A DNA stretch of 64,000 bases from Squalus acanthias (lineage: Eukaryota). Position numbers and translations under genes: made by a program. The DNA is taken from assembly GCA_030390025.1 (NCBI GenBank), contig CM059433.1, positions 32,738,001 to 32,802,000 of the forward strand, written 5' to 3'. This document shows positions 32,701-47,600 of the stretch, one piece after another. Each line of letters opens with the position of its first letter. Position 1 is the stretch's first letter. Under the pieces are notes generated by a model. That model searched no databases. It had not been told where the DNA came from and saw nothing but the letters and a program-made list of their open reading frames with translations.

Positions 32701-33570
32701 AATCAATCAAAGAATCAATCATTGAATCAATCATAAGATCAAGCATAGAATCAATCACACGATTAAGCAGAATCAATCTTAAAATCAATCATAGAATTAA
32801 TCAAAGGATCAAGCAAACTATCAATCACAGGATCAATCATAGAATCAATCATAAAATCAATTAACCGATCAATCATAGAATCAATCACAGGATCAACCAT
32901 AGGATCAATCATATAATCAATCACAGGATCGATCACAGGATCAATCATTGAATCAATCATAGAAGCAAACATAGGACCAATCATAGAATAAATCATAGAA
33001 TCAATCATAAAATCAATCATAGGATCAATGACAGGATCAATAATTGAATCAATCATAGAAACAGCAATAGCATCAATGATAGAATCAATAATAGATTCAA
33101 TCACAGGATTAATCATCGAATCAATCACAGGATCAATCAGAGGATCAATCATAGAATCAAACATTGGATCAATCATAGAATCAATCACATAATCAATCAT
33201 AGAATAAATCACAGGATCAATCATAGAATCAATCACAGGATCAATCACAGGCTCAATCATAGAATCAATCATAGAATCAATCATAGGATCAATCACAGGA
33301 TCAATCATAGAATTAATCATAGAATCAATGATAGGATCAATCATAGAAGCAATCATAGAATCAATCATAGATTCAATCCTAGAAGCAAACATAGAATCAA
33401 TCATAGGATCAATCACAGGATCAATCATAGAATAAATCATAGCATCAATCATAAAATCAATCTTGGATCAATCACAGGATCAATAATTGAATCAATCATA
33501 GAAACAGCAATAGCATCAATGATAGAATCAATAATAGACTCAATCACAGGATCAATCATCAAATCAATCA
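26770..33570. repeat. Higher-order repeat, periods 2300 and 2252 bp, about 3 copies
   Basis: The landmark CGATTAAGCA occurs at 28208, 30508 and 32760. ORFs 27196/29496/31748 (346 aa) and 27152/29452/31704 are near-identical. The 48-bp difference equals 4 monomers missing near 31145. Confidence 0.93.
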
Positions 33571-36500
33571 CAGGATCAATCATAGGATCAATCATAGAAT
33601 CAATCATTGGATCAATCATAGAATCAATCACAGAATCAATCATAGGATCAATCACAGGATCAATCATAGAATTAATCATAGAATCAATCTTAGGATCAAT
33701 CATAGAATCAATCATAGAATCAAGCACAGGATCAATCATTGAATCAATCACAGGATTAATCATAGAATCAATCATAGAATCAATCATAGAATCAATCATA
33801 GAAACAATCATAGAAGCAATCATAGTATCAATCATAGTATCAATCAGATAATCAATCAAAGGATCAATCATAGAATCAAACATAGGTTCAATCCTAGAAT
33901 CAATCAAAGGATCAATCATAGAATCAATCACAGGATCAATCATAGAATCAATTATATAATCAAACACCGGATCAATTTTAGGATCAATCATAGAATCAAT
34001 CATAGAATCAATCACAGGATCAATCATTGAATCTAACATAGAATCAATCACACGATCAATCATAGGATTAATCATAGAATCAAACATACAATCAATCACA
34101 GGATCAATCATAGAATTAATCATAGAATCAATCACCAGATCAATAATAGGATCAATCATAGAATCAATCATAGAATCAAACATAGAATCAATCACATAAT
34201 CAATCATAGAATCAATCACAGGATCAATCATCGAATCAATCACAGGATCAATCATAGGATCAATCATAGAATCAAACATTGGATCAGTCATAGAATCAAT
34301 CACATAATCAATCATAGAATCAATCACAGGATCAATCATATAATCAATCACAGGATCAATCACAGTGTCAATCATTGAATCAATCATAGAATCAAACATA
34401 GGATCAATCATCGAATCAATCATAGAATCAATCACATATTCAATCATAGAATCAATCACAGGATCAATCATATAATCAATCAAAGAATCAATCATTGAAT
34501 CAATCATAGGATCAATCATAGAATCAATCATTGGATCAATCATAGAATCAATAACATAATCAATCATAGAATCAATCACAGGCTCAATCATAGAATCAAT
34601 CAAAGAATCAATCATAGGATCAATCACAGGATCAATCATAGAATTAATCATAGAATCAATCATAGGATCAATCATAGAATCAATCATAGAATCAATCACA
34701 GGATCAATCATAGGATCAATCACAGGATCAATCATAGAATCAATCATAGAATCAATCATAGAATCAATCATAGAAGCAATCATAGAAGCAATCATAGTAT
34801 CAATCATAGTAGCAAACAGATAATCAATCAATGGATCAATCATAGAATCAAACATAGAATCAATCATAAAATCTATCATATTATCAATCACAGGATCAAT
34901 CATTGAATCAATCATAGAATCAGCAAAAGCATCAATGATAGGATCAATAATAGAATGAATCACAGGATCAATCATAGAATCAATCACAGGATCATTCATA
35001 GGATCAATCACAGGATCAATCATAGGATCAATCATAGAATCAATCATAGAATCAATCATTGGATCAATCATAGAATCAATCATAGGATCAATCAGAGGAT
35101 CCATCATTGGATCAATCACAGGATCAATCATAGGATCAATCATAGAATCAATCATAGAAGCAATCATAGAAGCAATCATAGTATCAATCATAGAAACAAT
35201 CATAGAAGCAATCATAGAATCAATCATAGTATCAATCAGATAATCAATCAAAGGATCAATCATAGAATCAAATATAGAATCAATCCTAGAAGCAAACATA
35301 GAATCAATCACAGGATCAATCATAGAACCAATCACAGGATCAATCATAGAATCAATCATAGAATCAATCATAGAATCAATCATAGAATCAATCCTAGAAG
35401 CAAACATAGAATCCATCATAGGATCAATCACAGGATCAATCATTGAATCAATCATAGAATTAATCATAGGATCAATCCTAGAATCAATCAAAGGATGAAT
35501 CATAGAATCAATCACAGGATCAATCATAGAATCAATTATAGAATCAAACACCAGATCAATAATAGGATCAATCAAAGAATTAATCACAGGATCAATCATA
35601 GAATCAATCACAGGATCAATCATAGGATCAATCACAGGATCATTCATAGGATCAATCATAGAATTAATCATAGAATCAATCATTGGATCAATCATAGAAT
35701 CAATCATAGAATCAATCACAGGATCAATCATAGAATCAATCACAGGATCAATCATAGAATCAATCATAGAATCAATCATAGGATCAATCACAGGATCAAT
35801 CATAGAATTAATCATAGACTCAATCACAGGATCAATCATAGAATCAATCACAGGATCAATCATAGAATCAATCATAGAAGCAATCATAGAAGCAATCATA
35901 GAATCAATCATAGTATCAATCAGATAATCAATCAAAGGATCAATCATAGAATCAATCATAGAATCAATCATAGTATCAATCAGATAATCAATCACAAGAT
36001 CAATCATAGAACCAATCACAGGATCAATCATAGAATCAATCATAGAATCAATCATAGAATCAATCATAGAAACAATCATAGAAGCAATCATAGAATCAAT
36101 CATTGTATCAATCAGATAATCATTCAAAGGATCAATCATAGAATCAAGCATAGAATCAATCCTAGAAGCCAACATAGAATCAATCATAGGATCAATCACA
36201 GGATCATTCATTGAAGCAATCATAGAATTAATCATAGGATCAATCCTAGAATCAATCAAAGGATGAATCATAGAATCAATCACAGGATCAATCATAGAAT
36301 CAATTATAGAATCAAACACCGGATCAATAATAGGATCAATCATAGAATCAATCACAGGATTAATCAGAATCAATCATAGAATCAATCATTGGATCAATCA
36401 CAGGATCAACCATAGAATTAATCATAGAATCAATCATTGGATCAATCATAGAATCAATCACAGGATCAATCATAGAATCAATCATAGAATCAATCATAGG

Positions 36501-39500
36501 ATCACTCACAGGATCAATCATACAATTAATCATAGAATCAATCATAGGATCAATCATAGAATCAATCATAGAATGAATCACAGGATCAATCATAGAATCA
36601 ATCACAGGATCAATCATAGAATCAATCCTAGAAGCAAACATAGAATCAATCATAGGATCAATCACAGGATCAATCATAGAATAAATCATATAATCAATCC
36701 TAGAAGCAAACATAGGATCAATCTCAGGATCAATAATTGAATCAATCATAGAAACAGCAATAGCATCAATGATAGAATCAATAATAGAATGAATCACAGG
36801 ATCAATCATCGAATCAATGACAGGATCAATCATAGGATCAATCATAGAATCAATCATTGGATCAATCATAGAATCAATCACATAATCAATCATAGAATCA
36901 ATCACAGGATCAATCATAGAATCAATCACAGGATCAATCACAGGATTAATCATTGAATCAATCATTGAATCAAACATAGGATCAATCATAGAATTAATCA
37001 TAGAAGCAATCATTAAATCAATCATAGGATCAATCACAGGATCAATCATTGAATCAATCATAGAATCAGCAAAAACATCAATGATAGGATCAATAATAGA
37101 ATGAATCACAGGATCAATCATAGAATCAATCAAAGGATCAATCATAGGATCAATCACAGGATCAAACATAGGATCAATCATAGAATCAATCATTGGATCA
37201 ATCATAGAATCAATCATAGGATCAATCAGAAGATCCATGATAGAACTAATCATAAAAGCAATCATAGAATCAATCACAGGATCAATTCTAGGATAAATCA
37301 TAGAATCAATCATAGAATCAATCATAGAATCAACCATAGAATCAGCAAAAGCATCAATGATACGATCAATAATAGAATCAATCACAGGATCAATCATAGA
37401 ATCAATCACAGGATCAATCATAGGATCAATCACAGGATCATTCATAGGATCAATCATAGAATCAATCATAGAATCAATCATTGGGTCAATCACAGGATCA
37501 ATCATAGAATTAATCATAGAATCAATCATTGGATGAATCATAGAATCAATCATAGAATCAATCACAGGATCAATCATAGAATCAATCACAGGATCAATCA
37601 TAGAATCAATCATAGAATCAATCATAGGATCAATCACAGGATCAATCATAGAATTAATCATAGAATCACTCACAGGATCATTCATAGAATCAATCACAGG
37701 ATCAATCATAGAATCAATCATAGGATCAATCATAGAATCAATCATAGAAGCAAACATAGAAGCAATCATAGAATCAATCATAGTATCAATCAGATAATCA
37801 ATCAAAGGATCAATCATAGAATCAATCATAGAATCAATCATAGAAACAATCATAGAAGCAATCATAGAATCAATCATAGTATCAATCAGATAATCAATCA
37901 AAGGATGAATCATAGAATCAAACATAGAATCAATCCTAGAAGCAAACATAGAATCAATCATAGGATCAATCACAGGATCAATCATTGAAGCAATCATAGA
38001 ATTAATCAAAGGATCAATCCTAGAATCAATCAAAGAATGAATCATAGAATCAATCGCAGGATCAATCATAGAATCAATTGTAGAATCAAACTCCGGATCA
38101 ATAATAGGATCAATCATAGAATCAATCACAGGATTAATCATAGGATCAGACATAGAATCAATCACAGGATCAATCACAGGATCAATCATAAAATCAATTA
38201 ACTGAGCAATCATAGAATCAATCATAGAATCAATCATAGGATCAGACATAGAATCAATCACAGGCTCAATCACAGGATCAATCATTGAATCAATCAAAGA
38301 AGCAAACATAGGATCAATCATACAATAAATCATAGAATCAATCATAAAATAAATCATAGGGTCAATCACAGGATCAATAACTGAATCAATCATAGAAACA
38401 GCAATAGCATCAATGATAAGATCAATAATAGAATCAATCACAGGATCAATCATCAAATCAATCACAGGATCAATCATAGGATCAATCATAGAAGCAATCA
38501 TAGAATTAATCATAGGATCAATCCTAGAATCAATCAAAGGATCAATCATAGAATCAATTACAGGATCAATCATAGAATCAATTATAGAATCAAACACCAG
38601 ATCAATAATAGGATCAATCATAGAATCAATCGTAGAATCAATCACAGCATCAATCATTGAATCTAACATAGAATCAATCACATGATCAATCATAGGATCA
38701 ATCATAGAATCAAACATCCAATCAATCACAGGATCAATCATAGAATCAATCATAGAATCAATCACCGGATCAATAATAGGATCAATCATAGAATCAATCA
38801 TAGAATCAAGCACAGGATCAATCATTGAATCAATCACAGGATCAATCATAGAATCAATCATAGAATCAATCATAGAATCAATCATAGAAACAATCATAGA
38901 AGCAATCATAGTATCAATCATAGTATCAATCAGATAATCAATCAAAGGATCAATCATAGAATCAAACATAGGTTCAATCCTAGAATCAATCAAAGGATCA
39001 ATCATAGAATCAATCACAGGATCAATCATAGAATCAATTATATAATCAAACACCGGATCAATTTTAGGATCAATCATAGAATCAATCATAGAATCAATCA
39101 CAGGATCAATCATTGAATCTAACATAGAATCAATCACACGATCAATCATAGGATTAATCATAGAATCAAACATACAATCAATCACATGATCAATCATAGA
39201 ATTAATCATAGAATCAATCACCAGATCAATAATAGGATCAATCATAGAATCAATCATAGAATCAAACAGAATCAATCACATAATCAATCATAGAATCAAT
39301 CACAGGATCAATCATCGAATCAATCACAGGATCAATCATAGGATCAATCATAGAATCAAACATTGGATCAGTCATAGAATCAATCACAGAATCAATCATA
39401 GGATCAATCACAGGATCAATCATAGAATTAATCATAGAATCAATCTTAGGATCAATCATAGAATCAATCATAGAATCAAGCACAGGATCAATCATTGAAT

Positions 39501-41699
39501 CAATCACAGGATCAATCATAGAATCAATCATAGAATCAATCATAGAATCAATCATAGAAACAATCATAGAAGCAATCATAGTATCAATCATAGTATCAAT
39601 CAGATAATCAATCAAAGGATCAATCAGAGAATCAAACATAGGTTCAATCCTAGAATCAATCAAAGGATCAATCATAGAATCAATCACAGGATCAATCATA
39701 GAATCAATTATATAATCAAACACCGGATCAATTTTAGGATCAATCATAGAATCAATCATAGAATCAATCACAGGATCAATCATTGAATCTAACATAGAAT
39801 CAATCACACGATCAATCATAGGATTAATCATAGAATCAAACATACAATCAATCACATGATCAATCATAGAATTAATCATAGAATCAATCACCAGATCAAT
39901 AATAGGATCAATCATAGAATCAATCATAGAATCAAACATAGAATCAATCACATAATCAATCATAGAATCAATCACAGGATCAATCATCGAATCAATCACA
40001 GGATCAATCATAGGATCAATCATAGAATCAAACATTGGATCAGTCATAGAATCAATCACATAATCAATCATAGAATCAATCACAGGATCAATCATATAAT
40101 CAATCACAGGATCAATCACAGTGTCAATCATTGAATCAATCATAGAATCAAACATAGGATCAATCATAGAATCAATCATAGAATCAATCACATATTCAAT
40201 CATAGAATCAATCACAGGATCAATCATATAATCAATCAAAGAATCAATCATTGAATCAATCATAAGATCAAGCATAGAATCAATCACACGATTAAGCAGA
40301 ATCAATCTTAAAATCAATCATAGAATTAATCAAAGGATCAAGCAAAGTATCAATCACAGGATCAATCATAGAATCAATCATAAAATCAATTAACTGATCA
40401 ATCATAGAATCAATCACAGGATCAACCATAGGATCAATCATATAATCAATCCCAGGATCGATCACAGGATCAATCATTGAATCAATCATAGAAGCAAACA
40501 TAGGACCAATCATAGAATAAATCATAGAATCAATCATAAAATCAATCATAGGATCAATGACAGGATCAATAATTGAATCAATCATAGAAACAGCAATAGC
40601 ATCAATGATAGAATCAATAATAGATTCAATCACAGGATTAATCATCGAATCAATCACAGGATCAATCAGAGGATCAATCATAGAATCAAACATTGGATCA
40701 ATCATAGAATCAATCACATAATCAATCATAGAATCAATCACAGGATCAATCATAGAATCAATCACAGGATCAATCACAGGCTCAATCATAGAATCAATCA
40801 TAGAATCAATCATAGGATCAATCACAGGATCAATCATAGAATTAATCATGGAATCAATGATAGGGTCAATCATAGAAGCAATCATAGAATCAATCATAGA
40901 ATCAATCCTAGAAGCAAACATAGAATCAATCATAGGATCAATCACAGGATCAATCATAGAATAAATCATAGCATCAATCATAAAATCAATCTTGGATCAA
41001 TCACAGGATCAATAATTGAATCAATCATAGAAACAGCAATAGCATCAATGATAGAATCAATAATAGACTCAATCACAGGATCAATCATCAAATCAATCAC
41101 AGGATCAATCATAGGATCAATCATAGAATCAATCATTGGATCAATCATAGAATCAATCACAGAATCAATCATAGGATCAATCACAGGATCAATCATAGAA
41201 TTAATCATAGAATCAATCATAGAATCAATCATAGAAACAATCATAGAAGCAATCATAGTATCAATCATAGTATCAATCAGATAATCAATCAAAGGATCAA
41301 TCATAGAATCAAACATATGTTCAATCCTAGAATCAATCAAAGGATCAATCATAGAATCAATCACAGGATCAATCATTGAATCTAACATAGAATCAATCAC
41401 ACGATCAATCATAGGATTAATCATAGAATCAAACATACAATCAATCACAGGATCAATCATAGAATTAATCATAGAATCAATCACCAGATCAATAATAGGA
41501 TCAATCATAGAATCAATCATAGAATCAAACATAGAATCAATCACATAATCAATCATAGAATCAATCACAGGATCAATCATCGAATCAATCACAGGATCAA
41601 TCATAGGATCAATCATAGAATCAAACATTGGATCAGTCATAGAATCAATCACATAATCAATCATAGAATCAATCACAGGATCAATCATATAATCAATCA

Positions 41700-44600
41700 C
41701 AGGATCAATCACAGGGTCAATCATTGAATCAATCATAGAATCAAACATAGGATCAATCATAGAATAAATCATAGAATCAATCATAAAATCAATCATAGGA
41801 TCAATCACAGGATCAATCATTGAATCAATCATAGAATCAGCAAAAGCATCAATGATAGGATCAATAATAGAATGGATCACAGGATCAATCATAGAATTAA
41901 TCACAGGATCAATCATAGGATCAATCACAGGATCAATCATATGATCAATCATAGAATCAATCATAGAATGAATCATTGGATCAATCATAGAATCAAACAT
42001 AGGATCAATCACAGGATCAATCATAGAATCAATCATAGATTCAATCATAGAATCAATCATAGACGCAATCATAGAATCAATCATAGTATCAATCAGAGAA
42101 TCAATCAAAGGATCAATCATAGAAGCAACCATAGAATCAATCATAGAAGCGAACCATAGAATCAATCATAGGATCAATCACAGGACCAATCATATAAGCA
42201 ATCATAGAATTAATCATAGGATCAATCCTAGAATCAATCAAAGGATCAATCATAGAATCAATCAGAGGTCAATCACAGAATCAATTATAGAATCAAACAC
42301 CAGATGAATAATAGGATCAATCATAGAATCAATCACAGGATCAATCATTGAATCTAACATAGAATCAATCACACGATCAATCATAGGATTAATCATAGAA
42401 TCAAACATACAATCAATCACAGGATCATTCATAGAATCAATCATAGAAACAATCACAGGTTTAATCATAGTATCAATCATAGAATCAATCATAGAATCAA
42501 TCACATAATCAATCATAGAATCAATCAAAGGATCAATCACAGGAGCAATCATTGAATCAATCATAGAAGCAAACATAGGATCAATCAAATAATAAATCAT
42601 AGAATCAATCATAAAATCAATCATATGATCAATCACAGGATCAATCATTGAATCAATTATAGAATCAGCAAAAGCATCAATGATAGGATCAATAATAGAA
42701 TGAATCACAGGATCAATCATAGAATCAATCACAGGATCACTCATAGGATCAATCACAGGATCAATCATAGGATCAATCATAGAATCAATCATAGAATCAA
42801 TCATTGGATCAATCATAGAATCAATCATAGGATCAATCAGAGGATCCATCACAGAACTAATCATACAAGCAATCATAGAATCAATCACAGGAACAATCAT
42901 AGGATCAATCACAGGATCAATCATAGGATCAATCATAGAATCAATCATTAGTCAATCATTGGATCAATCACAGGATCAATCATAGAATTAATCATAGAAT
43001 CAATCATTGGATCAATCATAAAACAATCATAGAATCAATCACAGGATCAATCATAGAATCAATCACAGGATCAATCATAGAATCAATCATAGAATCAATC
43101 ATAGGATCAATCACAGGATCAATCATACAATTAATCATAGAATCAATCATAGGATCAATCATAGAATCAATCATAGAATCAATCACAGGATAAAACATAG
43201 AATCAATCACAGGATCAATCATAGAATCAATCCTAGAAGCAAACATAGAATCAATCATAGGATTAATCATAGAATCAAACATACAATCAATCACAGGATC
43301 ATTCATAGAATCAATCATAGAAACAATCACAGGTTTAATCATAGTATCAATCATAGAATCAATCTTAGAATCAATCACAGAATCAATCATAGAATCAATC
43401 AAAGGATCAATCACAGGAGCATTCATTGAATCAATCATAGAAGCAAACATAGGATCAACCAAATAATAAATCATAGAATCAATCATAAAATCAATCATAT
43501 GATCTATCACAGGATCAATCATTGAATCAAGCATAGAATCAGCAAAAGCATCAATGTTAGGATCAATAATAGAATGAATCACAGGATCAATCATAGAATC
43601 AATCACAGGATCATTCATAGGATCAATCACAGGATCAATCATAGGATCAATCATAGAATCAATCATAGAATCAATCATTGGATCAATCATAGAATCAATC
43701 ATAGGATCAATCAGAGGATCCATCACAGAACTAATCATACAAGCAATCATAGAATCAATCACAGGAACAATCATAGGATCAATCACAGGATCAATCATAG
43801 GATCAATCATAGAATCAATCATAGAATCAATCATTGGATCAATCACAGGATCAATCATGGAATTAACCATAGAATCAATCATTGGATCAGTCATAGAATC
43901 AATCATAGAATCAAACATAGGATCAATCATAGAATCAATCACAGGATAAATCATAGAATCAATCATAGAATCAATCATAGGATCAATCACAGGATCAATC
44001 ATACAATTAATCATAGAATCAATCATAAGATCAATCATAGAATCAATCATAGAATGAATCACAGGATAAAACATAGAATCAATCACAGGATCAATCATAG
44101 AATCAATCCTAGAAGCAAACATAGAATCAATCATAGGATCAATCACAGGATCAATCATAGAATAAATCATAGCATCAATCATAAAATCAATCATAGGATC
44201 AATCACAGGATCAATAATTGAATCGATCATAGAAACAGCAGTGGCATCAATGATAGAATCAACAATAGAATCAATCACAGGATCAATCATCGAATCAATC
44301 ACAGGATCAATCATAGGATCAATCATAGAATCAATCATTGGATCAATCATAGAATCAATAACATAATCAATCACAGAATCAATCACAGGATCAATAATTG
44401 AATCAATCACAGGATCAAACAGAGAAACAATCACAGGATCAATCATTGGATCAATCATAGAATCAATCATAGGATCAATCATAGAATCAATCATTGGATC
44501 AATCATAGAATCAATAACATAATCAATCATAGAATCAATCACAGGATCAATCATAGAATCAATCATAGAATCAATCATAGGATCAATCACAGGATCAATC

Positions 44601-47600
44601 ATAGAATTAATCATAGAATCAATCATAGGATCAATCATTGAATCAATCATAGTATCAATCAGAGAATCAATCAAAAGATCAATCATAGAAGCAACCATAG
44701 AATCGATCATAGAAGCAACCATAGAATCAATCATAGGATCAATCACAGGACCAATCATATAAGCAATCATAGAATTAATCATAGGATCAATCCTAGAATC
44801 GTAGAATCAATCAAAGGATCAATCATATAATCAATCACAGGATCAATCACAGAATCAATTATAGAAACAAACACCGGATCAATAATAGGATCAATCATAG
44901 AATCAATCATAGAATCAATCACAGGATCAATCATTGAATATAACATAGAATCAATCACACGATCAATCACAGGATTAATCATAGAATCAAACATACAATC
45001 AATCACAGGATCATTCATAGAATCAATCATAGAAACAATCACAGGTTTAATCATAGTATCAATCATAGAATCAATCATAGAATCAATCACATAATCAATA
45101 TAGAATCAATCAAAGGATCAATCACAGGATCAATCATTGAATCAATCATAGAAGCAAACATAGGATCAATCAAATAATAAATCATGGAATCAATCATAAA
45201 ATCAATCATAGGATCAATCACAGGATCAATCATTGAATCAATCATAGAATCAGCAAAAGCATCAATGATAGGATCAATAATAGAATGAATCACAGGATCA
45301 ATCATAGAATCAAGCACAGGATCATTCATAGGATCAATCACAGGATCAATCATAGGATCAATCATAGAATCAATCATAGAATCAATCATTGGATCAATCA
45401 TAGAATCAATCAGAGGATCAATCAGAGGATCCATCATAGAACTAATCATACAAGCAATCATTTAAACAAACACAGGATCAATCATAGAATCAATCATAGA
45501 ATCAATCATAGAAGCAATCATAGAATCACCAAAAGCATCAATGATACCATCAATAACAGAATTAATCACAGGATCAATAATTGAATCAATCACAGGATCA
45601 AACAGAGAAACAATCACAGGATCAATCATTGGATCAATCATAGAATCAATCATAGGAACAATCACAGATTAATCATAGAATCAATCTTAGAATCATTCAC
45701 AGGATCAATAATAGAATCAATCAGAAGATCCATCAGAGAACTAATCATAAAAGCAATCATAGAATCAATCACAGGATCAATCATAGAATCAATCACAGGA
45801 ACAATCATAGGATCAATCACAGGATCAATCATAGGATCAATCATAGAATCAATCATAGAATCAATCATTGGATCAATCACAGGATCAATCATAGAATTAA
45901 TCATAGAATCAATCATTGGATCAATCATAGAATCAACCATAGAATGAATCACAGGATCAATCATAGAATCAATCACAGGATCAATCATAGAATCAATCAT
46001 AGAATCAATCATAGGATCAATCACAGGATCAATCATACAATTAATCATAGAATCAATCATAGGATCTATCATAGAATCAATCATAGAATGAATCACAGGA
46101 TCAATCATAGAATCAATCACAGGATCAATCATAGAATCAATCCTAGAAGCAAACATAGAATCAATCATAGGATCAATCACAGGATCAATCATAGAATAAA
46201 TCATAGCATCAATCATAAAATCAATCATAGGATCAATCACAGGATCAATAATTGAATCAATCACAGGATCCATCATAGGATCAATCACAGGATCAATCAT
46301 AGAATCAATTATAGAATCAAACACCAGATCAATAATAGGATCAATCATAGAATCAATCATAGAATCAATCACATGATCAATCATAGGATCAATCATAGAA
46401 TCAAACATCCAATCAATCACAGGATCAATCATAGAATCAATCACAGGATCAATCATAGAATCAATCATAGAATCAATCATAGAATCAATCATAGAAGCAA
46501 CCATAGAATCAATCATAGGATCAATCACAGGATCAATCATAGAAGCAAACATAGAATTAATCATAGGATCAATCCTAGAATCATTCAAAGGATCAATCAT
46601 AGAATCAATCACAGGATCAATCATAGAATCAATTACAGAATCAATCATAGAATCAAACATAGAATCAATCATAGAAGCAATCATAGAATCAATCATAGTA
46701 TCAATCAGATAATCCATCAAAGGATCAATCATAGAATCAAACATAGAATCAATCCTAGAAGCAAACATAGAATCAATCATATGATCAATCACAGGATCAA
46801 TCATAGAATAAATCATAGCATCAATCATAAAATCAATCTTGGATCAATCACAGGATCAATAATTGAATCAATCATAGAAACAGCAATAGCATCAATGATA
46901 GAATCAATAATAGACTCAATCACAGGATCAATCATCAAATCAATCACAGGATCAATCATAGGATCAATCATAGAATCAATCATTGGATCAATCATAGAAT
47001 CAATCACAGAATAAATCATAGGATCAATCACAGGATCAATCATAGAATTAATCATAGAATCAATCTTAGGATCAATCATAGAATCAATCATAGAATCAAG
47101 CGCAGGATCAATCATTGAATCAATCACAGGATCAATCATAGAATCAAACATTGGATCAGTCATAGAATCAATCACATAATCAATCATAGAATCAATCACA
47201 GGATCAATCATATAATCAATCACAGGATCAATCACAGTGTCAATCATTGAATCAATCATAGAATCAAACATAGGATCAATCATAGAATCAATCATAGAAT
47301 CAATCACATATTCAATCATAGAATCAATCACAGAATCAATCATAGGATCAATCACAGGATCAATCATAGAATTAATCATAGAATCAATCTTAGGATCAAT
47401 CATAGAATCAATCATAGAAACAATCATAGAAGCTATCATAGTATCAATCATAGTATCAATCAGATAATCAATCAAAGGATCAATCATAGAATCAAACATA
47501 GGTTCAATCCTAGAATCAATCAAAGGATCAATCATAGAATCAATCACAGGATCAATCATAGAATCAATTATATAATCAAACACCGGATCAATAATAGGAT

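Noticed and set aside
23668..39275. Very long minus-strand ORFs (995, 974 and 971 aa) and all other (MIDS/MIDP)n ORFs as repeat-protein genes
   Set aside because: They are pure translations of the 12-mer, with no unique N- or C-terminal domain or signal peptide. Ends coincide with satellite indels, the codons cannot mutate to stop in one step, and common variants change amino acids (S/P, M/V/L) rather than favouring synonymous sites.
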